From contig NC_005070.1 of the NCBI RefSeq assembly GCF_000195975.1, forward strand, positions 240,001 through 272,000: a stretch of DNA of 32,000 nucleotides, given 5' to 3'. This document shows positions 18,763 to 28,185 of this stretch, one piece after another (within the stretch, counting starts at the first letter, position 1; each line of letters starts with the position of its first letter). Under the pieces are notes generated by a model, which was not told where the DNA came from, searched no databases, and saw only the letters and a program-made list of their open reading frames with translations. This stretch comes from Parasynechococcus marenigrum WH 8102 (GTDB lineage Bacteria > Cyanobacteriota > Cyanobacteriia > PCC-6307 > Cyanobiaceae). Position numbers and translations under genes: made by a program.

Positions 18763-20052
18763 ATGAGCGACAGCACTGCTTCTTCGATCAACAAAGGTCT
18801 TGCGGCCGCCGATCCCGCCATTGCAGCCCTAATTGAGAAGGAGCAGCAGCGTCAGGAAACCCACCTGGAGCTGATCGCCAGCGAAAATTTCGCCTCCCGG
18901 GCCGTCATGGACGCCCAGGGTTCAGTTCTGACGAACAAGTACGCCGAGGGGCTCCCCAGCAAGCGGTATTACGGCGGTTGTGAGCACGTTGATGCCATCG
19001 AAGAGCTGGCGATCGAACGGGCCAAGGAACTCTTCGGTGCGGCCTGGGCGAATGTGCAGCCCCACAGTGGTGCCCAGGCCAATTTCGCTGTCTTCCTGGC
19101 GCTGCTTCAGCCGGGAGACACGATCATGGGATTGGACCTTTCCCATGGCGGTCACCTGACCCATGGCTCGCCGGTAAATGTGAGCGGAAAGTGGTTCAAC
19201 GTGGTCCAGTACGGCGTCGATCGCGAGACCCAGCGGCTGGACATGGAGGCCATCCGGCAGCTGGCTCTGGAGCACAAGCCGAAGCTGATCGTCTGTGGCT
19301 TTTCGGCCTACCCCCGCACCATTGATTTCGCCGCCTTCCGCGCCATTGCCGATGAAGTGGGTGCGTTCCTGCTCGCCGATATGGCTCATATCGCTGGTCT
19401 GGTGGCGGCAGGCGTGCATCCCAGCCCCGTTCCCCACTGTGATGTGGTCACCACCACCACCCACAAGACCCTGCGCGGTCCCCGTGGTGGTCTGATCCTC
19501 TGCCGTGATGCCGACTTCGCCAAGAAATTCGACAAGGCTGTGTTCCCCGGCAGTCAGGGCGGACCTTTGGAACACGTCATCGCGGCCAAGGCGGTGGCCT
19601 TCGGCGAGGCCCTGCAACCAGCGTTCAAGACCTATAGCCAGCACGTGGTGGCGAATGCAGCCGCTCTGGCAGAGCGTTTGATCGCCCGCGGCATCGACGT
19701 CGTCAGCGGTGGCACCGACAACCACGTGGTGTTGCTTGACCTTCGCTCTGTCGGCATGACCGGCAAGGTGGCTGATCTCCTCGTCAGTGATGTCCACATC
19801 ACGGCCAATAAGAACACGGTGCCGTTTGATCCCGAATCCCCCTTCGTCACCAGCGGCCTGCGCCTGGGTACCGCAGCACTTACCACCCGGGGCTTTGATG
19901 CCGGTGCGTTCCGCGAGGTGGCTGATGTCATCGCCGACCGCCTCCTGAACCCTGAGGATGACGCTGTTCAGCAGCAGTGCCTGCGTCGGGTTGAGGCGCT
20001 TTGCCAACGCTTCCCGCTCTATGCCGCTGCGCGTCAGCCAGCGCTTGCCTGA
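18763..20052 (+). CDS. glyA: Serine hydroxymethyltransferase
   Basis: 429-aa [27 protein letters not shown] and the PLP-lysine region [14 protein letters not shown] are diagnostic of GlyA. Confidence 0.97.
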   Translation: MSDSTASSINKGLAAADPAIAALIEKEQQRQETHLELIASENFASRAVMDAQGSVLTNKYAEGLPSKRYYGGCEHVDAIEELAIERAKELFGAAWANVQPHSGAQANFAVFLALLQPGDTIMGLDLSHGGHLTHGSPVNVSGKWFNVVQYGVDRETQRLDMEAIRQLALEHKPKLIVCGFSAYPRTIDFAAFRAIADEVGAFLLADMAHIAGLVAAGVHPSPVPHCDVVTTTTHKTLRGPRGGLILCRDADFAKKFDKAVFPGSQGGPLEHVIAAKAVAFGEALQPAFKTYSQHVVANAAALAERLIARGIDVVSGGTDNHVVLLDLRSVGMTGKVADLLVSDVHITANKNTVPFDPESPFVTSGLRLGTAALTTRGFDAGAFREVADVIADRLLNPEDDAVQQQCLRRVEALCQRFPLYAAARQPALA

Positions 20053-20145
20053 CTGGACCAAGTCCCTGTGGATCCCAGGGTTCACTCTCCCTAGGATCCG
20101 GAGAACATCTCCCCTGCAAAGGGTTGTTCTGATTCAGGAGCCTGC

Positions 20146-21285
20146 GTGTCCCTCGCTGCCAGCCCCTTACTGGTTGCCACGCTGAGTTTCCTGTTGGCCG
20201 CTGGGGTCACGATGGTTCTGGTCCCTGTTGTCCGTGGTCTCGGACTTCGGCTCCAGCTCACCGATCAGCCTGATCCCCGCAAGCAGCACACCGCCCCCAT
20301 GGTCCGGTTGGGGGGCATCGCGATGGTGGCTGGCTTTGGACTGTCGCTCACCGTGATCTGGCTGCTCGGTGGATTCGGCCTGCTCGCTCCGGCCCGGGAT
20401 CAGCTGATCTGGAGCACTCTGGCGGGTTCGTTGTGCTTTTTTCTGATCGGTCTTGCCGACGACCTGTTCGACCTTTCACCCTGGCCCCGGTTAGCGGGTC
20501 AGTTCGCTGTTGCCTGCGTGATCTGGAGCCAGGGCGTCCGCATCGGAGCCATTGATCTGCCCTGGGTGAACGGGTCCGGCTCAGCGATCGCGCTCAGTGA
20601 CAGCCTGAGCCTCCTGGCAACCGTGATCTGGTTGGTCGGCATCACCAACGCGATCAACTGGCTGGATGGGCTGGATGGTCTGGCCGCCGGTGTCGCTGGC
20701 ATCGCTGCCGTTGGTCTGATCTCGGTGAGTTTTTCCCTGCATCAAGTGGCGGCAGGTTTCCTGGCAGCGGCTCTCGCCGGCTGCTGTCTTGGCTTTCTCC
20801 GTCACAACTTCAATCCAGCCCGCATCTTCATGGGCGATGGCGGCTCCTATTTCCTTGGTTTCACCCTTGCCGCGGTCAGCATCGTCGGTCCGGCGAAGGG
20901 GCTGACCACCGTCAGCCTGTTGTTGCCGCTGCTGATCCTTTCCCTGCCGCTGGCCGACATGTCTGCGGTGATCATGGGCCGCCTGCGGGAGGGCCGTTCC
21001 CCCTTCCATCCCGATCGTCGACATCTGCATCACAGGCTGCTGCGGGCCGGTTTCAGCCATCGCCGCACCGTGTTGCTGATTTATGTCTTCACCCAGTGGC
21101 TGGCGGCATTGGCCCTGGTGGTGGCCAATGCCGAAATGCGCTTTCTCTGGTTGGCACTGGCCACCGCGATCCTGGTGGCCACCGTGGTGATCAGCCGGCG
21201 TCAGCTTCAGACGGAGCGGGCCCTCACCCAGACATCACCATCCCCAGAAGCCAGCCTCACCTCCTGCCGCGATCGCCATGGCTGA
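20146..21285 (+). CDS. Glycosyltransferase family 4 polyprenyl-phosphate sugar-1-phosphate transferase (WecA/MraY-like)
   Basis: 379-aa polytopic membrane ORF with a GTG start. [23 protein letters not shown] and [12 protein letters not shown] motifs are typical of the MraY/WecA superfamily. Confidence 0.85.
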   Translation: MSLAASPLLVATLSFLLAAGVTMVLVPVVRGLGLRLQLTDQPDPRKQHTAPMVRLGGIAMVAGFGLSLTVIWLLGGFGLLAPARDQLIWSTLAGSLCFFLIGLADDLFDLSPWPRLAGQFAVACVIWSQGVRIGAIDLPWVNGSGSAIALSDSLSLLATVIWLVGITNAINWLDGLDGLAAGVAGIAAVGLISVSFSLHQVAAGFLAAALAGCCLGFLRHNFNPARIFMGDGGSYFLGFTLAAVSIVGPAKGLTTVSLLLPLLILSLPLADMSAVIMGRLREGRSPFHPDRRHLHHRLLRAGFSHRRTVLLIYVFTQWLAALALVVANAEMRFLWLALATAILVATVVISRRQLQTERALTQTSPSPEASLTSCRDRHG

Positions 21286-22537
21286 AGCCGGTGTTGAAAT
21301 TCTCTGCGTTGGCACGGAGCTGCTTCTGGGAGACATCCTCAACGGCAATGCCCGTTGGATTGCCGAACGGCTGGCGGGCCTTGGACTTCCCCACTACCGC
21401 CAGACCGTGGTTGGCGATAACCGTCAGCGGTTGGCCGCAGCCGCCCGCGAGGCCAGTGGGCGCTGTCGGGTTCTGATCACCACCGGTGGTCTCGGTCCCA
21501 CACCGGATGACCTCACCACCGAATCCCTGGCTGCGGCGTTTGAGACGCCTCTTGAGGAACGTCCGGAGCTCTGGGACGAGATTCAAGCCAACCTCTCGGC
21601 TGGTGGTCGGGCGGTGGCGCCGAGCAATCGCCGCCAGGCCTTTCTTCCCAGGGGGGCTGCTGTGCTGCCCAATCCCCTGGGCTCGGCCCCCGGCATGATC
21701 TGGTCCCCCTTGCCGGATTTCACGATCCTCACCTTCCCTGGTGTGCCCTCGGAGATGCGGGCGATGTTTGAGGCCACGGCGGAACCCTGGTTGCGGCGTC
21801 ACGGAGGGGCAACAGGGGTGTTCGTGAGTCGCCTGTTGCGCTTCAGCGGCATTGGTGAATCCAACTTGGCCGAGCAGGTCGCTGATCTGCTTGAGGGGGT
21901 GAATCCCACGGTGGCGCCGTATGCCTCCCTTGGAGATGTGAAGCTCAGACTCACGGCCTGTGGCAGCTCCGCAGAATCTGCAGCGGCTCTGTTGGATCCG
22001 GTGGAAGCTGAGCTGCGCCGCCGCACCGCTCAGCATTGCTACGGCACCACCGACGACAGCCTGGCGTCGGTGGTGTTGGCGTTGCTCCAACGGTCGGGGC
22101 AAACCCTTTCGGTGGCGGAGTCCTGCACCGGTGGTGGTCTCGGCGCCGCGTTGACGGCTGTTCCAGGTTCATCCGCTGTGTTCGCTGGGGGGGTGATTGC
22201 CTACAGCAATGCGGTGAAGCAGCAGCTGCTCGATGTCCCTGCCGAGCTGCTTGAGCGCCATGGAGCTGTCTCGGATCCAGTGGTGGCGGCCATGGCCGAG
22301 GGGGCGCGGCAGCGTCTGGGGACGGATTGGTCGATCGCGGTGAGCGGCATCGCCGGTCCCGGTGGTGGAACTGACGAGAAGCCCGTCGGGCTGGTGCATC
22401 TGGCAGTCAGCGGTCCCGATGGTTGTGAGGCGACTGCGGAACGGTTCGGGGACCGACGCGGGCGGGGGGCCGTTCAGCAGCTCACGGTGATCCGTGCCTT
22501 GGATCGCCTGCGTCGACGACTGCTGGCCCAGTCGTAG
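21278..22537 (+). CDS. cinA: Competence/damage-inducible protein CinA (MoCF-binding plus NMN deamidase domains)
   Basis: 419-aa ORF. N-terminal [21 protein letters not shown] and C-terminal [16 protein letters not shown] are typical of CinA. Its start overlaps the upstream stop codon (ATGGCTGA). Confidence 0.9.
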   Translation: MAEAGVEILCVGTELLLGDILNGNARWIAERLAGLGLPHYRQTVVGDNRQRLAAAAREASGRCRVLITTGGLGPTPDDLTTESLAAAFETPLEERPELWDEIQANLSAGGRAVAPSNRRQAFLPRGAAVLPNPLGSAPGMIWSPLPDFTILTFPGVPSEMRAMFEATAEPWLRRHGGATGVFVSRLLRFSGIGESNLAEQVADLLEGVNPTVAPYASLGDVKLRLTACGSSAESAAALLDPVEAELRRRTAQHCYGTTDDSLASVVLALLQRSGQTLSVAESCTGGGLGAALTAVPGSSAVFAGGVIAYSNAVKQQLLDVPAELLERHGAVSDPVVAAMAEGARQRLGTDWSIAVSGIAGPGGGTDEKPVGLVHLAVSGPDGCEATAERFGDRRGRGAVQQLTVIRALDRLRRRLLAQS

Positions 22538-22564
22538 GGTCAACGGTCCCTGCAGCAGAGCGGC

Positions 22565-23983
22565 TTGAGTTCCGGCACCCTCTACGACAAGGTGTGGGAC
22601 CTGCATCGGGTGGCGGAGCTTCCCGGCGGATCCACCCAACTGTTCGTGGGTCTTCATCTGATCCATGAGGTCACCAGCCCTCAGGCGTTTGCGGCGCTGC
22701 GCGACAAGGGTCTGAGCGTGCGCTGCCCCGAGCGGACTGTGGCCACGGTCGATCACATCGTGCCCACCACCTCCCAGAGTCGTCCGTTTGCTGATTCCTT
22801 GGCTGAGGAGATGCTCAGCACCTTGGAGCGCAACTGCGCTGACCATGGGATCACCCTCAACGGCATCGGCAGCGGCCGACAGGGCATCGTGCATGTGATC
22901 GCTCCGGAGCTGGGGCTGACCCAGCCCGGGATGACCGTCGCCTGTGGCGACTCCCATACGTCGACCCATGGGGCCTTTGGAGCCATCGCCTTCGGCATTG
23001 GCACCAGTCAGGTGCGCGATGTGCTGGCCAGTCAGAGCCTGGCCATGTCGAAACTCAAGGTCCGGCGCATCCAGGTGAACGGTCGGCTGTCCGATGGGGT
23101 CTCGGCCAAGGACCTGATCCTTCACGTGATCCGGACGCTCGGTGTGAAGGGGGGCGTCGGATTTGCCTATGAGTTCGCGGGCCCAGCGGTGGAGGCGCTG
23201 TCGATGGAAGAGCGGATGACCCTTTGCAATATGGCGATCGAGGGTGGTGCCCGTTGCGGTTATGTGAATCCAGATCAAGTCACCTTTGATTACCTCAGCG
23301 GTCGAGCAGGAGCCCCTTCGGGTGCTGCCTGGGATCGGGCCGTGAGCTGGTGGCGCGGCTTGGCCAGCGATCCGGACGCTGTGGTGGATGACGAGGTGGT
23401 GTTTGATGCGGCCAGCATCGCTCCCACAGTGACCTGGGGCATCACACCGGGTCAGGGGCTGGGCATCGATGAGTGCATTCCGCAGCTTGAGCAGCTGGAG
23501 CCAGGTGAGCGACCCATCGCCGAGGAGGCCTATCGCTATATGGATCTGCAGCCCGGTACCGCCATTGCGGGGGTGCCTGTGGATGTCTGCTTCATTGGCA
23601 GTTGCACCAACGGTCGACTCAGCGATCTGCGGGCGGCGGCGGCTGTGGCCCGTGGTCGCCACGTCGCTGATGGCATCAAGGCCTTTGTGGTGCCGGGTTC
23701 CGAGCAGGTGGCGAAGGCAGCGGAAGCGGAAGGACTCGATCGTGTGTTCCAAGACGCTGGCTTCGAGTGGCGTGAACCGGGTTGTTCGATGTGTCTGGCG
23801 ATGAATCCCGATCGCCTCGAAGGCCGGCAGATCAGTGCCAGTTCCAGCAATCGCAACTTCAAGGGGCGGCAGGGGTCTGCCAGCGGACGCACCCTGTTGA
23901 TGAGTCCGGCGATGGTGGCAGCTGCCGCTGTCCACGGCCAGGTGACCGATGTCCGCACCCTGTCACTTCAATCCGCGGTCTGA
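22565..23983 (+). CDS. leuC: 3-isopropylmalate dehydratase large subunit
   Basis: 472-aa ORF. The conserved N-terminus [13 protein letters not shown] follows a TTG codon at 22565. Aconitase-family Fe-S Cys motifs are present ([25 protein letters not shown]). Confidence 0.97.
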   Translation: MSSGTLYDKVWDLHRVAELPGGSTQLFVGLHLIHEVTSPQAFAALRDKGLSVRCPERTVATVDHIVPTTSQSRPFADSLAEEMLSTLERNCADHGITLNGIGSGRQGIVHVIAPELGLTQPGMTVACGDSHTSTHGAFGAIAFGIGTSQVRDVLASQSLAMSKLKVRRIQVNGRLSDGVSAKDLILHVIRTLGVKGGVGFAYEFAGPAVEALSMEERMTLCNMAIEGGARCGYVNPDQVTFDYLSGRAGAPSGAAWDRAVSWWRGLASDPDAVVDDEVVFDAASIAPTVTWGITPGQGLGIDECIPQLEQLEPGERPIAEEAYRYMDLQPGTAIAGVPVDVCFIGSCTNGRLSDLRAAAAVARGRHVADGIKAFVVPGSEQVAKAAEAEGLDRVFQDAGFEWREPGCSMCLAMNPDRLEGRQISASSSNRNFKGRQGSASGRTLLMSPAMVAAAAVHGQVTDVRTLSLQSAV

Positions 23984-24597
23984 TGAGCAGCTTTCCTTCC
24001 GGTCCGGTGAGCCAGGTGGTGGGTCGTGCCCTTGTCGTCAGCGGCGAGGACATTGACACCGATCGGATCATTCCTGCCCGCTTCCTCAAGTGCGTGAGTT
24101 TCGATGCCCTGGGTGACCAGGTGTTCGCGGATGACCGTCGTGAACGCGAGGGTGAGCACCCCTTCGACCAGGCGCGATTTCAGGGAGCGTCAGTTCTTGT
24201 GGTGAATGGCAACTTCGGTTGCGGATCCAGTCGCGAACACGCACCTCAGGCACTGATGCGCTGGGGCATCCGCGCGGTGGTGGGCGTTAGCTTCGCCGAG
24301 ATCTTCTACGGCAACTGTCTCGCCCTCGGCATCCCCTGTGCCACGGCGTCGGCCGCGGAGGTGGAGGCGATCCAGCGACAGGTCCATGATCGTCCGGATC
24401 AGACCTGGTCTCTGGATCTGAAGGCTGAACAGCTGACGTCTGCGGATCAACAATGGAGTGTTGCTGTGGATGAGGGGCCGCGGCAGATGTTGCTGAGCGG
24501 CCGCTGGGATGCCACGTCGCAGTTGCTGGCCCATGGTCCAGAGGTTCAACAGTTGATGGAGGCATTGCCGTACATCAACGGCTTCAGCAACGTCTGA
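23983..24597 (+). CDS. leuD: 3-isopropylmalate dehydratase small subunit
   Basis: ATG at 23983 overlaps the leuC TGA (TGATG). The 204-aa product carries GEDIDTDRIIPARFLK and NFGCGSSREHAPQAL motifs. The upstream extension in the ORF track (from 23782) is rejected. Confidence 0.95.
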   Translation: MSSFPSGPVSQVVGRALVVSGEDIDTDRIIPARFLKCVSFDALGDQVFADDRREREGEHPFDQARFQGASVLVVNGNFGCGSSREHAPQALMRWGIRAVVGVSFAEIFYGNCLALGIPCATASAAEVEAIQRQVHDRPDQTWSLDLKAEQLTSADQQWSVAVDEGPRQMLLSGRWDATSQLLAHGPEVQQLMEALPYINGFSNV

Positions 24598-24652
24598 TGG
24601 CACCATCAGACTCTTGTGTCTATGAAAGAGACAGGGTTAGTGGGAGAAGTCC

Positions 24653-25075
24653 GTGATTCAACTTGGCTGGCTCGCGCTGTTGCTGGCTCTGCCGCTTCAA
24701 GCGGTGGAGCATCGGCCGGATCCACGGGAGCGGTTGCTGGATCAGAGGGCGTGCAGGGGCTGTAATCTGCGCCGCGTTGAGCTGCAGGAGGCCCACCTGA
24801 TCGGCGCGGATCTTCGAGATGCTGATCTTGAGGGGGCGGATTTGAGGGGCGCCAACCTCGAGGGTGCCGATCTCAGTGGAGCCCGGCTGGTGATGGCTGA
24901 TCTTCGCGGGGCCACTCTCACCAATGCCGACTTAACGGGCACGGATCTGCGTGGTGCTGATCTCCGGTCTGCTGTTGTGATCAATGCCTTCGCACCGGAC
25001 GTGCGAACGGAGGGCATCCGTTTTGCCGGCGCCAAGCTCACCGGCAGTGATCTGATCATCGGCGGTGGGGACTAA
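24653..25075 (+). CDS. Secreted pentapeptide-repeat protein
   Basis: GTG start preceded by GGGAGAAG. Signal-peptide-like N-terminus MIQLGWLALLLALPLQA, then about 15 consecutive A(D/N)LxG-type pentapeptides (ADLRDADLEGADLRGANLEGADLSGARL and so on). Confidence 0.85.
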   Translation: MIQLGWLALLLALPLQAVEHRPDPRERLLDQRACRGCNLRRVELQEAHLIGADLRDADLEGADLRGANLEGADLSGARLVMADLRGATLTNADLTGTDLRGADLRSAVVINAFAPDVRTEGIRFAGAKLTGSDLIIGGGD

Positions 25076-25076
25076 T

Positions 25077-27932
25077 TCAAAGCGGCAGTTCGCTGTCGTC
25101 CTCGAGGAACCAGTCCGCTGGGGTGTAGGGAACGAAGGGCACGCCGCTGCCATCAAAGTTGAAGTCATTCAGCCGGAAACGGACGCCGCCAATGCCTTCA
25201 TAGGGATTGAAGTAAACCCCCACGTCATAACTGCGGCGTTGCCAACGCAATTCGATGCTCGAATTGATCACATCGCCGTAGTACTCCGATCCTGAATCGA
25301 CGTTGACATTGACGCCGGTGCTGAGCAGCAAAGGACCGACGATCTGTTGGGTGAGACCGACGCCCAGCGTGCCGAAGTCGACAATTCGGTCGAACTCAAA
25401 TGGACTGGCGCCATTGCGAAGGGTGCCGCCGCCGATGACGGAAATCTGGGTGAAATCCAGGAATGGTTTGCTGAAGGTGCCGAGGGTCAGCGTCGGCCCT
25501 CCACTGAAGCTGATGCTCTCCTGATGGTCGCCGGCGCCGTAGAGCGCCACCGTGCTGTTCAGGTTGGTGGTGAGGCTGACGCCGGGCACCACGGCGACGG
25601 GGGAGTAGCGATAGGCGGCCAATGGGGTGAGCTCTGCGGTGGATCCGCGCCAGATCGGGATCGTGCTGGTGAGTGAGGCAAACAGGCTGCCGCGACCGGA
25701 TCGCAGCTTGCGGTTGCTGTCAAACCGTTCGGCGTAGTAGTCGCCCATGGCTCCACGGACGAGGAAGCGATGCCGCGAGTTGCCCAGCTCGAATTCCCCT
25801 TTCTTCTCGCCATAGACGCCATAGGCAGCCTGGATATCGGTCTTGCCGAGGGATCCATTCCAGGTGCGGTAGCGATAGGTGCCAAAGAGGTTGGTGGTCA
25901 CCTCCCCCAGAGCTCCAAGCTCGAAACTACGCTCGACGCTTCCCCAATAGCGACTGTTCTCGAGGAAGTCATCACCGCTGAAACTGCTGATGTCGGCGTC
26001 TGCTCTGACTTTGGTGCCGTCATACCGACCGACCAGCTTCGCCTCAAGACCGAACAGGTCCCCTGGATCGATGTCGCTGCCGCCATCGATGGCGCGCTGC
26101 ACCATCACCTGCGGTTGAAGACTGAGCTCGGTATCTGTGCCGAATGTGATCGGTTTGAGGTTGCGACCGACGAACAGTCCATCGCGGTCGTCATTGTCGA
26201 CACCGAACACCCAGCGATTTTCAACTTCCTCTTCCTTCTGAATCAGCTGCCGGCGGCTGACGGGCACGGGCAGACGCTCCTCAATGATCAGCCGGTTGCG
26301 CCGCGCTGAAATCAGCAGATCGCCATTCGGCTGTTCCCGAGCCACCACATCCTCAGCATCGATACGGGTCTGTGCCGGGGTGAACGGGTCATTGCTGAAA
26401 CCCATCCGGTCAGCACGCCACCCGTTGGACGTGATCTGAATTCGCGCAGCCTGAACGCGCCAACGGCTGATCGTGCCATTGATCAACTGTGTGCTGCCCA
26501 GTCGCTTGAGCTGGGGCACTTTCACCACGCCGAAACGATTTTCGTCGCGGACATTGGAATTGAGGCGCCGTACAGGCACGCCACTGCGCCGTTCGATCGA
26601 CAGCGTGCCTTGAAATTCGACGTCATCAATGCGTTGATCGATGCCGGCGATGGCCTGGCTGCGTCGCTGCTGTTGTTCAGACGGAGACAGTGGCGAGGGC
26701 GTCGGTGTTTGTGTTGGCGGGATGTGTGCAATCGCTTTGCCCCCATCCCCAAGTGCTGTCGATTCAAGCCGCTGAATCAGGGAGGTGGGGCGAACCCGTT
26801 GATTCCGCTCTGGATCCGGGCAGCCCAGGGGGGGCGCCATTGAAGTGCCAACCGGTTCCGGCAGATCGCGGCCCCAGCGGTAGCGCAGGCCAAGCAGGTA
26901 GGCATTGCTGCCCTCCGTTACGCCGTTGTAGGTGCCAAAGGCTCCAGATCGGTGGTGGATGCGTCCAACGAGCGACACATCGGATGACACCGCTGCTTCC
27001 ACCTCGAAGCCGAGGTAGTTCAGCAACTTGGTGTAGTTCTCGCGGAAGGTCTTCTCATACAAGCTGTAGTCCGTGTTGTAACTGATGCCTTCGACAACGC
27101 TGAAGCTCAGCCAGGGTTGCACCCACAGCCGGGCACCGATCCCCAGGATCCCCTCGCCGAAACTCTGGGCTGGCAGATCGGCGTAGGGCTTGTCCTGATT
27201 GAACTCGCCGCCCGGCTGTTGTTTGGCCAGATGGCTGAACAGATCAGCCTCGAGCTCCAGGGCTAGAGGACCAGCGCGGAAAATCCGCTTCTGCAGGCCG
27301 ATACCCAAGACCGCTTCCGGACGCATGGTCCCGTTGAAGAGGAACGTGTCACCGAAGGGGGCATCGATCATCTGACCGCCCCAGGCGGAAACGGCCCAGG
27401 GTTGCGGATGCCAGTCCGGAACGGGTGCCAGCAGTGGCGGACAGGCTATCGGCGCCGGCGCTGGACGGGCCTGCTGTTCGGTGTTTGTTGGGGATGGATC
27501 AGCAACGTTGAAGACGCCTTGCATCGCGTCCAGGTCGATGACGCCGTAGACGTCATCCAGTTCCCCTTCGTTCTGGCTCAGGTTGTAGCGGAGAGCAGAG
27601 GCCTGAAAAACCTGGTTGTCGCGGGAGAGACGAACCGCTCCGCGGGCATACACCGTCTGAAAGTTGGCGTCAAACTCAACCCGATCGGCGACGAGTTGGC
27701 CTGCGCCGAGCTTTAGCCGCACATTGCCCTCTGCGATCGCGACGTTGCGGCGAACATCGAAACGCTGCCTGTCTGCCGTTAGTCGTAGCAGTTGAGGAAT
27801 CTGCGGTACGACAGCTTGAACAGCTGGCTCGTTTACTGCGTCCTCGGCGGCGACGGCCCTGGTCGAGACCAACGACTCGGATCCCACCAAAAGGATTCCG
27901 CAGATCACCAATGTCAGGCGTAATACCGCCAA
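25077..27932 (-). CDS. LptD/OstA-like outer-membrane protein (N-terminal OstA fold plus large C-terminal beta-barrel, DUF3769-like)
   Basis: 951-aa ORF. After a signal peptide comes an OstA-like segment (ADRQRFDVRRNVAIAEGNVRLKLGAGQLVADRVEFDANFQTVYARGAVRL). The rest is rich in alternating beta-strand patterns with aromatic residues, ending near ...WFLEDDSELPL. The only available start is TTG at 27932. Family naming is from memory. Confidence 0.75.
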   Translation of the reverse strand: MAVLRLTLVICGILLVGSESLVSTRAVAAEDAVNEPAVQAVVPQIPQLLRLTADRQRFDVRRNVAIAEGNVRLKLGAGQLVADRVEFDANFQTVYARGAVRLSRDNQVFQASALRYNLSQNEGELDDVYGVIDLDAMQGVFNVADPSPTNTEQQARPAPAPIACPPLLAPVPDWHPQPWAVSAWGGQMIDAPFGDTFLFNGTMRPEAVLGIGLQKRIFRAGPLALELEADLFSHLAKQQPGGEFNQDKPYADLPAQSFGEGILGIGARLWVQPWLSFSVVEGISYNTDYSLYEKTFRENYTKLLNYLGFEVEAAVSSDVSLVGRIHHRSGAFGTYNGVTEGSNAYLLGLRYRWGRDLPEPVGTSMAPPLGCPDPERNQRVRPTSLIQRLESTALGDGGKAIAHIPPTQTPTPSPLSPSEQQQRRSQAIAGIDQRIDDVEFQGTLSIERRSGVPVRRLNSNVRDENRFGVVKVPQLKRLGSTQLINGTISRWRVQAARIQITSNGWRADRMGFSNDPFTPAQTRIDAEDVVAREQPNGDLLISARRNRLIIEERLPVPVSRRQLIQKEEEVENRWVFGVDNDDRDGLFVGRNLKPITFGTDTELSLQPQVMVQRAIDGGSDIDPGDLFGLEAKLVGRYDGTKVRADADISSFSGDDFLENSRYWGSVERSFELGALGEVTTNLFGTYRYRTWNGSLGKTDIQAAYGVYGEKKGEFELGNSRHRFLVRGAMGDYYAERFDSNRKLRSGRGSLFASLTSTIPIWRGSTAELTPLAAYRYSPVAVVPGVSLTTNLNSTVALYGAGDHQESISFSGGPTLTLGTFSKPFLDFTQISVIGGGTLRNGASPFEFDRIVDFGTLGVGLTQQIVGPLLLSTGVNVNVDSGSEYYGDVINSSIELRWQRRSYDVGVYFNPYEGIGGVRFRLNDFNFDGSGVPFVPYTPADWFLEDDSELPL

Positions 27933-28028
27933 AGACTTTCATCAGAGGGCTGCGATCTTGACAGCTCGGAAGCTTCCTCAAGAGCGCAGCGGTCCAGTGA
28001 GCAGCGCGGACCGGAATCCGTCCCTTAA

Positions 28029-28148
28029 TTAGTCCTCGAGGTCCTTCCGGCTGGGGGTCCGGCTTGGATCGCTCGCCAGGAAGCCGAACACGAAAATACC
28101 GATGAAGAAGAAGACGACCGAGTAAACGGAGATCTTGAGGGCGAGCAT
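28029..28148 (-). CDS. psbI: Photosystem II reaction centre protein I
   Basis: The last 39 aa of the 107-aa ORF read [39 protein letters not shown]. This matches the PsbI consensus MLxLKxxVYxVVxFFxxxFxFGFLSxDPxRNPxRK. ATG at 28146-28148. Confidence 0.92.
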   Translation of the reverse strand: MLALKISVYSVVFFFIGIFVFGFLASDPSRTPSRKDLED

Positions 28149-28185
28149 GGAGACCGACCGTCGTCTGTGTTTGCGACAGCATCCT

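Noticed and set aside
22169-23935. A 588-aa ORF antisense to leuC. Similar long antisense or alternative-frame ORFs occur at 2935-4281, 5381-6370, 10086-10829, 13662-14915, 18922-20085, 21257-22102 and 29408-30043.
   Set aside because: Each lies opposite, or out of frame with, a gene whose product has unmistakable family motifs. Their translations are low-complexity and Arg/Gly/Pro/Ala-rich with no recognisable motifs. Long stop-free antisense frames are expected in GC-rich DNA with strong third-position GC bias.
24780-24970. Periodic 15-nt / 30-nt DNA repetition, considered as a tandem repeat or CRISPR-like array.
   Set aside because: The periodicity is the coding consequence of pentapeptide repeats (A[D/N]LxG) in a single intact ORF. 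There are no spacers or conserved direct repeats at the nucleotide level.
27933-28028. Possible terminator hairpin CGGTCC-N12-GGACCG downstream of psbI.
   Set aside because: The stem is only 6 bp with a 12-nt loop and no following T-tract on the minus strand. That is not strong enough to annotate.
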